Positions 59,514 through 64,000 of a stretch of 64,000 nt of DNA are shown in pieces (within the stretch, counting starts at the first letter, position 1; each line of letters begins with the position of its first letter). A model generated the notes under the pieces. That model was not told where the DNA came from and made no database searches. It worked only from the letters and a program-made list of their open reading frames with translations. This stretch comes from a bacterium (lineage in GTDB: Bacteria; Zhuqueibacterota; Zhuqueibacteria; Residuimicrobiales; Krinioviventaceae): positions 4,256,001 to 4,320,000 of the forward strand of contig OY843751.1 of assembly GCA_963693055.1 (NCBI GenBank), given 5' to 3'. The translations under genes were made by a program, and so were the position numbers.

Positions 59514-60719
59514 CTAATACCCCCACCCCTCCGGTACAACCGCAATGCACACATCCGCATTACCATACTTGTTCGAGCTAAACTCTACCATCGTCCCGTT
59601 CAGATCCCATCCCGCGTGCGGGTGCGCACCCTTGCCATAAGTCCGGTGCCCCGTTGCCAAAATCTTTCGCTCGGTGGTTCTTGCATTAAACAAGGCCACA
59701 ATACCATGCCAGTTATCAGCAACTACCCATTTTCCATCAGGACTGCCCGAAGCATGCCACCAGTTTTCCCGAGCAATCTCAGAGGGCGTGCCTCCTTCCC
59801 ACCAGGAACCGGGACCAATTACCCGTATTTCTCCTGTTTTCAGGTCCAATACTTTGACATGGCCGTCTTCACTAGAGTCATCACTGTTAAAACTGCCGAT
59901 AAATGTAATCTGATCATTCACCCACCAGCATTCATGTGTGACGAGTTCACCGGGTACCTGCTCAAACGCGGGTACAGGCACATGTGTGTTTATATTCAAA
60001 AACCACAACCGTACATGTGCCGGTTCATTCTTGTCTTTGGGAGCTCTATCACTGCCATAATTCCGGCAAAAGGACAATACATCCGGTCTCTGTTTGTGGA
60101 ACTGTAAATGCCCAATGTTAAAATCCACTTGCCCCGCCAATGCAACCTCTCCCGTTGCAAAATTGTATGTAGAAATAAAAGCTTCATTCTCGTTACCATA
60201 TGCAAAGGCCAAAAGGCTTGCATCACTGTTTTCAGATAGACCTGTCAACTGTTTATAATTTTGAGGATACTCGGTCAGTTTTTTCTCAGTCACCTTGATA
60301 GATGTTTTCCCGGTGGTCACAATATCCAGCTTCCATTCGTAAATAACTTTATCCCTTACTACATAAAGCCGGTCCCCTTTTATTGAAGCATAAGGCGTAG
60401 CCGATTTCATGTCATGTTCTGAATCCAATCGTACCAGTTCACCCGTATCCAGCAGATACGCCATGATCTCTTGCGAGCCAAACCGGTCCGAGTTGAACAA
60501 CATTATCTTGTTGTTGTGTAAAAAACAGCGATCGTGAAAATACAGATTCACATCAGATGCAGGATTTGATGTTACAAAAATCGTCTTGGCGCCGCTTTTC
60601 GCATCAAGTTCTACCTTGTGCTCTGGGGGTAAAATTTCACAATTCCAGCTCGTTTGAGAAAATAAAATGGTAGGAACAAACAGCAAAAGGATCAAACAGC
60701 TTTTCAATTTCGCGTCCAT
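59514..60719 (-). CDS. Oligogalacturonate lyase-family beta-propeller protein, exported
   Basis: LYFHDRCF, FNSDR, IGHLQF, ELVTHECW, HPHAGW. Start set at MDAKL (AAAGGA RBS); the ORF track starts at 60740. Confidence 0.75.
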   Translation of the reverse strand: MDAKLKSCLILLLFVPTILFSQTSWNCEILPPEHKVELDAKSGAKTIFVTSNPASDVNLYFHDRCFLHNNKIMLFNSDRFGSQEIMAYLLDTGELVRLDSEHDMKSATPYASIKGDRLYVVRDKVIYEWKLDIVTTGKTSIKVTEKKLTEYPQNYKQLTGLSENSDASLLAFAYGNENEAFISTYNFATGEVALAGQVDFNIGHLQFHKQRPDVLSFCRNYGSDRAPKDKNEPAHVRLWFLNINTHVPVPAFEQVPGELVTHECWWVNDQITFIGSFNSDDSSEDGHVKVLDLKTGEIRVIGPGSWWEGGTPSEIARENWWHASGSPDGKWVVADNWHGIVALFNARTTERKILATGHRTYGKGAHPHAGWDLNGTMVEFSSNKYGNADVCIAVVPEGWGY

Positions 60720-60952
60720 AACAGTCCTTTCGTTTTGCAAACAGATTTATGAGGATTTATCGCACTGCCAAACATCAGCCATATTTAACGATAAGGAAAA
60801 ATTATCAGAATACAAAGAAAATAAAATCCAACCAATCCTTGTACTGTATTATATGTTTTCATTTAAACTGGTGGAAACACGCTTTTGTTGATTGCTCAAT
60901 TCCCCCCCCCCCAATCCTCCAGTCGCCGCAATAGCTCAACACATTATCTCTA

Positions 60953-62326
60953 TTAATTTTTCCAGTTCTTTAACACATCAATTCCTTTTTCCAAAACAGG
61001 ATCTTTACCGCCAAAAACATCCCGAGGGGTCTTTTGTACAACAATATCGGGTTCAATCCCTTTGCCTACCCATTCTTTACCATCAGGATATAATGTCTTC
61101 AACGTAACAACCCTGAAATTGCCGCCACCGGGAAGCTGAACGCGATGTGGATTCCCGGTGCTGCCGGCTGTTATTTCTCCCACCAATACGGCCCGATCTG
61201 TGTAATCCAGAGGAATCAAAAAATCTTCGGCGGTACTATAGGTTGAATGCCCTGTCAGAACCACCAACGGCCCTGAATATCGTTTACCCTCACGTGGCTG
61301 AATATATTCATTCCCCAAAAATCCGGTTTCCCATTCCGGTTCATTGCCCCAGGCCAGCAGTGCTGGCACATGCCTGGGCGACTTCCATATCATCGACTGT
61401 ACAGGCTCATCAATAAATGCACCTAAAATAGGCCATGCATTTTGATCATTGCCACCCGGATTAAATCGAATATCCAGAACAATTCCCTTTACTGATGAGA
61501 GGTCCAATTCATCAAACAATTTCATAAATTCGGCAACTGTATTATCACTGTCAAAATTGGCAATTTTAATATAGATCAATCCATCATTTAATACTTTCAT
61601 CTCTACCGGAGGGTTGGCCATATACCATTCAAATAAACGTGTAAAATAAGGGGCTCCTGTTGAAGAGACTGAATTCCTCAACAAATCAATTGAACGGATT
61701 GTCCCATCCATATCTTTAACTTTTACCCGCACTTTAGAATCTTTGGGTCCACGCAATAGCTTATAAATATTAATGGCTTTATCCGCATGATCGGATCCTC
61801 TGGACTCGTATTTAACGACATGGGATTGATAATAATCTTCAACAGGCTGTCCCTTAACCTCAACAATCTCCAATCCGGGATTAATATTATTTTGTTTTAT
61901 ATCCTCAGTTTCTTTTACCCGGGCAATAATATATTGATCGCCCAGAACCTGAACTTCCAAAGGCGGCCAGTCAAATGCAGGATTAAAGGGCCCGCCCGGT
62001 TTGTTGACGGCAGTGTGCCCGTCTTTTAACAAAGCAGCAAATTCGCACAGCACATCATAATATGCATCCATATCTTGAGCGGCTAAGGCTTTGGGAAGAT
62101 ATTCTTTATATTTAGCATCCCAATCCAAATCAGGACGTTGATCAAAAAAAGGAAAATTGTATTTTGCTTCGGCCCATACTGTAGACAAGCCCGCTGCCTT
62201 TTGCTCAACAGTACCGGTCCAGGGCTCTGCGGATTGCGCAGCAACAAATTGAAATGTGATTAAAACGAAAAAACAGATAAAAAGGAAAACACCTGAGGGG
62301 AATCGAGAGTCATTCATACAAACCAT
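60953..62326 (-). CDS. S41-family peptidase with PDZ-like domain
   Basis: LKDGHT, LDIRFNPGG, TYSTAEDF, VGEITAGSTG, GKGIEPDI. Confidence 0.9.
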   Translation of the reverse strand: MVCMNDSRFPSGVFLFICFFVLITFQFVAAQSAEPWTGTVEQKAAGLSTVWAEAKYNFPFFDQRPDLDWDAKYKEYLPKALAAQDMDAYYDVLCEFAALLKDGHTAVNKPGGPFNPAFDWPPLEVQVLGDQYIIARVKETEDIKQNNINPGLEIVEVKGQPVEDYYQSHVVKYESRGSDHADKAINIYKLLRGPKDSKVRVKVKDMDGTIRSIDLLRNSVSSTGAPYFTRLFEWYMANPPVEMKVLNDGLIYIKIANFDSDNTVAEFMKLFDELDLSSVKGIVLDIRFNPGGNDQNAWPILGAFIDEPVQSMIWKSPRHVPALLAWGNEPEWETGFLGNEYIQPREGKRYSGPLVVLTGHSTYSTAEDFLIPLDYTDRAVLVGEITAGSTGNPHRVQLPGGGNFRVVTLKTLYPDGKEWVGKGIEPDIVVQKTPRDVFGGKDPVLEKGIDVLKNWKN

Positions 62327-62549
62327 GCCTTTCTGTAAATTTTACAACATCAAGAAGCATCAATCCTGTTTCAAGCTCTATCGTATTGATACAACCGTTT
62401 TACAACAAACCGGATGTTTTTTATTACGGAAAAGGCCCTTCAGGGTTTCATAGGTGGGAAGTTTTATGATCTAGAAAAAGTTTATAAAGATAAGTTGATC
62501 GAAAAAAAATCAATATCATGGCATATTTTATAATAAAAATATCCAACCC

Positions 62550-64000
62550 TCATCTCCAAACATTAATACGTTCTGCATTTTCTTCAAATTCTGAAGCAAG
62601 TGAATGGATCTTTGATTTTAGCAGTATTTTTCTACCTTCAAGATTACGTGTATAAACCAGTCTGCAATTTCCCACCAATTGCTTCCATTGTTGAGCAAAA
62701 TAATCTGCCGTTTTTTTCTTTCGGCCCAAAATATCAGGCACAGAATGATAATCCTTTTGCGCAAGGATATTAATAAAAAAATTCTTTCTGATTATAATGT
62801 ATCGAGGATTATCAATTGCAGAAACAATCTCAAAAAGAGATTTCGTAAATACGGATTTCTCATAGGTTGTACCCCCAGCAAGATGGCAAAAAATAGCCCC
62901 CTGCTCATCAACAGATGACTTGACTTTTAAAGTAGATGAATTGGTTTGAATATCTCTTGTTTTAATCAATGATAAAAGTAATGCCTCCCCAATTTGCTGA
63001 ATATCTTTAGAAATATCCCGATATTTTAAGAATAATCGAATAGCAGTAAAAGATTGCCATCCAAATAAAAGAACACCTCCAATCCCGGCAAGTATAAACC
63101 ATCTAAATATTTCTTCGGGAGATTTAAAGCTATTGGTAGATCTGAAAAATAAATTTAAAACTTGTTGTGAAAAACCAAGTATTCCGGAACCCAAAACGGC
63201 CAATAAATTTGCAATAGTTTTATTATAGTAAAGAGACTGGATCTTTTTATAATTACGTTCTCGGGGGAATGGGACTTTAATTTCCTCAACTAACTCAATT
63301 CCACAGGATATAGCATCTTGCCACTTTTTATATAGTTTCTCCCTCTTTCCAGCTTCAAGTATTGACAGCTCGTTATATCCATTTATATCATTTGTTACAA
63401 ACTTTTCCGGGAAAAGCAGTCTTTTGACTCCATTTTCCATAGGAGCCTGATCGTTAAAAGAAATTCCAACAAAAGACTTGAATCGTCGTTTCATTAATTG
63501 AACGTCATCTCCACCATCAAATAAAGTAGCATCCACACAAGCTAAATGCCAAATATTACTTGTTTTGTCAGAATTTCTTTTGTCTACACGAATAGCTCGT
63601 CCTCTCATCTGGTTAGAGAGTACAAAAGATCCAACAAAGCTGGCTAGAATCAATGAATTTACAGCAGGGGCATCCCAACCTTCTCCCAATAGTGATTTAG
63701 TACCGATTAATACATTAATTTTTCCTTCTTCAAATATACGGGTAATCAACTGTACCAGGTCCAAATCACCCAAAGTATTGATTATGAAATAATTTTTATC
63801 GTATACAAGAGGGATAATCGTAATTCGTTTTGCTTGAATTGATCCAGCAGCCTCCATTAATGCATCAACAGCTAATTCAGGGATGATAACGAGTGAACCA
63901 GTAAGAACCCCCATTTTTAGACATCTGTCATTTGTACGTCGTAATTTTTCAAATATAGAAAGTACACCAATATTCTTTAGCTCAAGTTTATTTTCTGCTT
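62550..64000 (-). CDS. DEAD/DEAH-box (SF2, ResIII-like) helicase, C-terminal part; 5' end lies beyond the window
   Basis: Frame is open to the window edge (AENKLELKNIGVLSIFEKLRR..). Helicase motifs IGTKSLLGEGWDAP and NQMRGRAIR; two hydrophobic segments downstream. Confidence 0.85.
   Translation of the reverse strand, partial: AENKLELKNIGVLSIFEKLRRTNDRCLKMGVLTGSLVIIPELAVDALMEAAGSIQAKRITIIPLVYDKNYFIINTLGDLDLVQLITRIFEEGKINVLIGTKSLLGEGWDAPAVNSLILASFVGSFVLSNQMRGRAIRVDKRNSDKTSNIWHLACVDATLFDGGDDVQLMKRRFKSFVGISFNDQAPMENGVKRLLFPEKFVTNDINGYNELSILEAGKREKLYKKWQDAISCGIELVEEIKVPFPRERNYKKIQSLYYNKTIANLLAVLGSGILGFSQQVLNLFFRSTNSFKSPEEIFRWFILAGIGGVLLFGWQSFTAIRLFLKYRDISKDIQQIGEALLLSLIKTRDIQTNSSTLKVKSSVDEQGAIFCHLAGGTTYEKSVFTKSLFEIVSAIDNPRYIIIRKNFFINILAQKDYHSVPDILGRKKKTADYFAQQWKQLVGNCRLVYTRNLEGRKILLKSKIHSLASEFEENAERINVWR

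Noticed and set aside
1-64000. rRNA, tRNA, tmRNA or known riboswitch
   Set aside because: No recognisable conserved motifs in the intergenic regions by eye; a covariance-model scan was not possible.

Overview
64-kb bacterial chromosomal segment with roughly 40% GC by eye. The gene content points to an FCB-superphylum organism, possibly KSB1/Calditrichota-like (inference from LptE, a PorU/PorV pair and FlgD-Ig/T9SS-type C-termini). Most of the window is housekeeping and envelope genes: purD, uvrB, alr, pfkA, a nagB fusion, glycosyltransferases, a hybrid histidine kinase with an Hpt protein, and large secreted proteins. Two accessory, palindrome-rich hotspots lie at about 10.6-14.7 kb and 57.7-64 kb. 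The strongest signal is an intact IS1182-family element (13030-14629) and two related non-coding, highly structured MITEs (10837-11135 and 57863-58135) that share its terminal inverted repeats. All three sit exactly in the loop of a REP-like hairpin, and each duplicates the whole 3-4 nt loop as its target-site duplication. Also notable are a tightly packed operon linking glycan-synthesis genes and an orphan HisKA micro-protein to a PorU-like C25 sortase and PorV, and a three-gene unit of TPR-CsgG lipoprotein, giant secreted protein and beta-barrel. No rRNA, tRNA or CRISPR array was seen.
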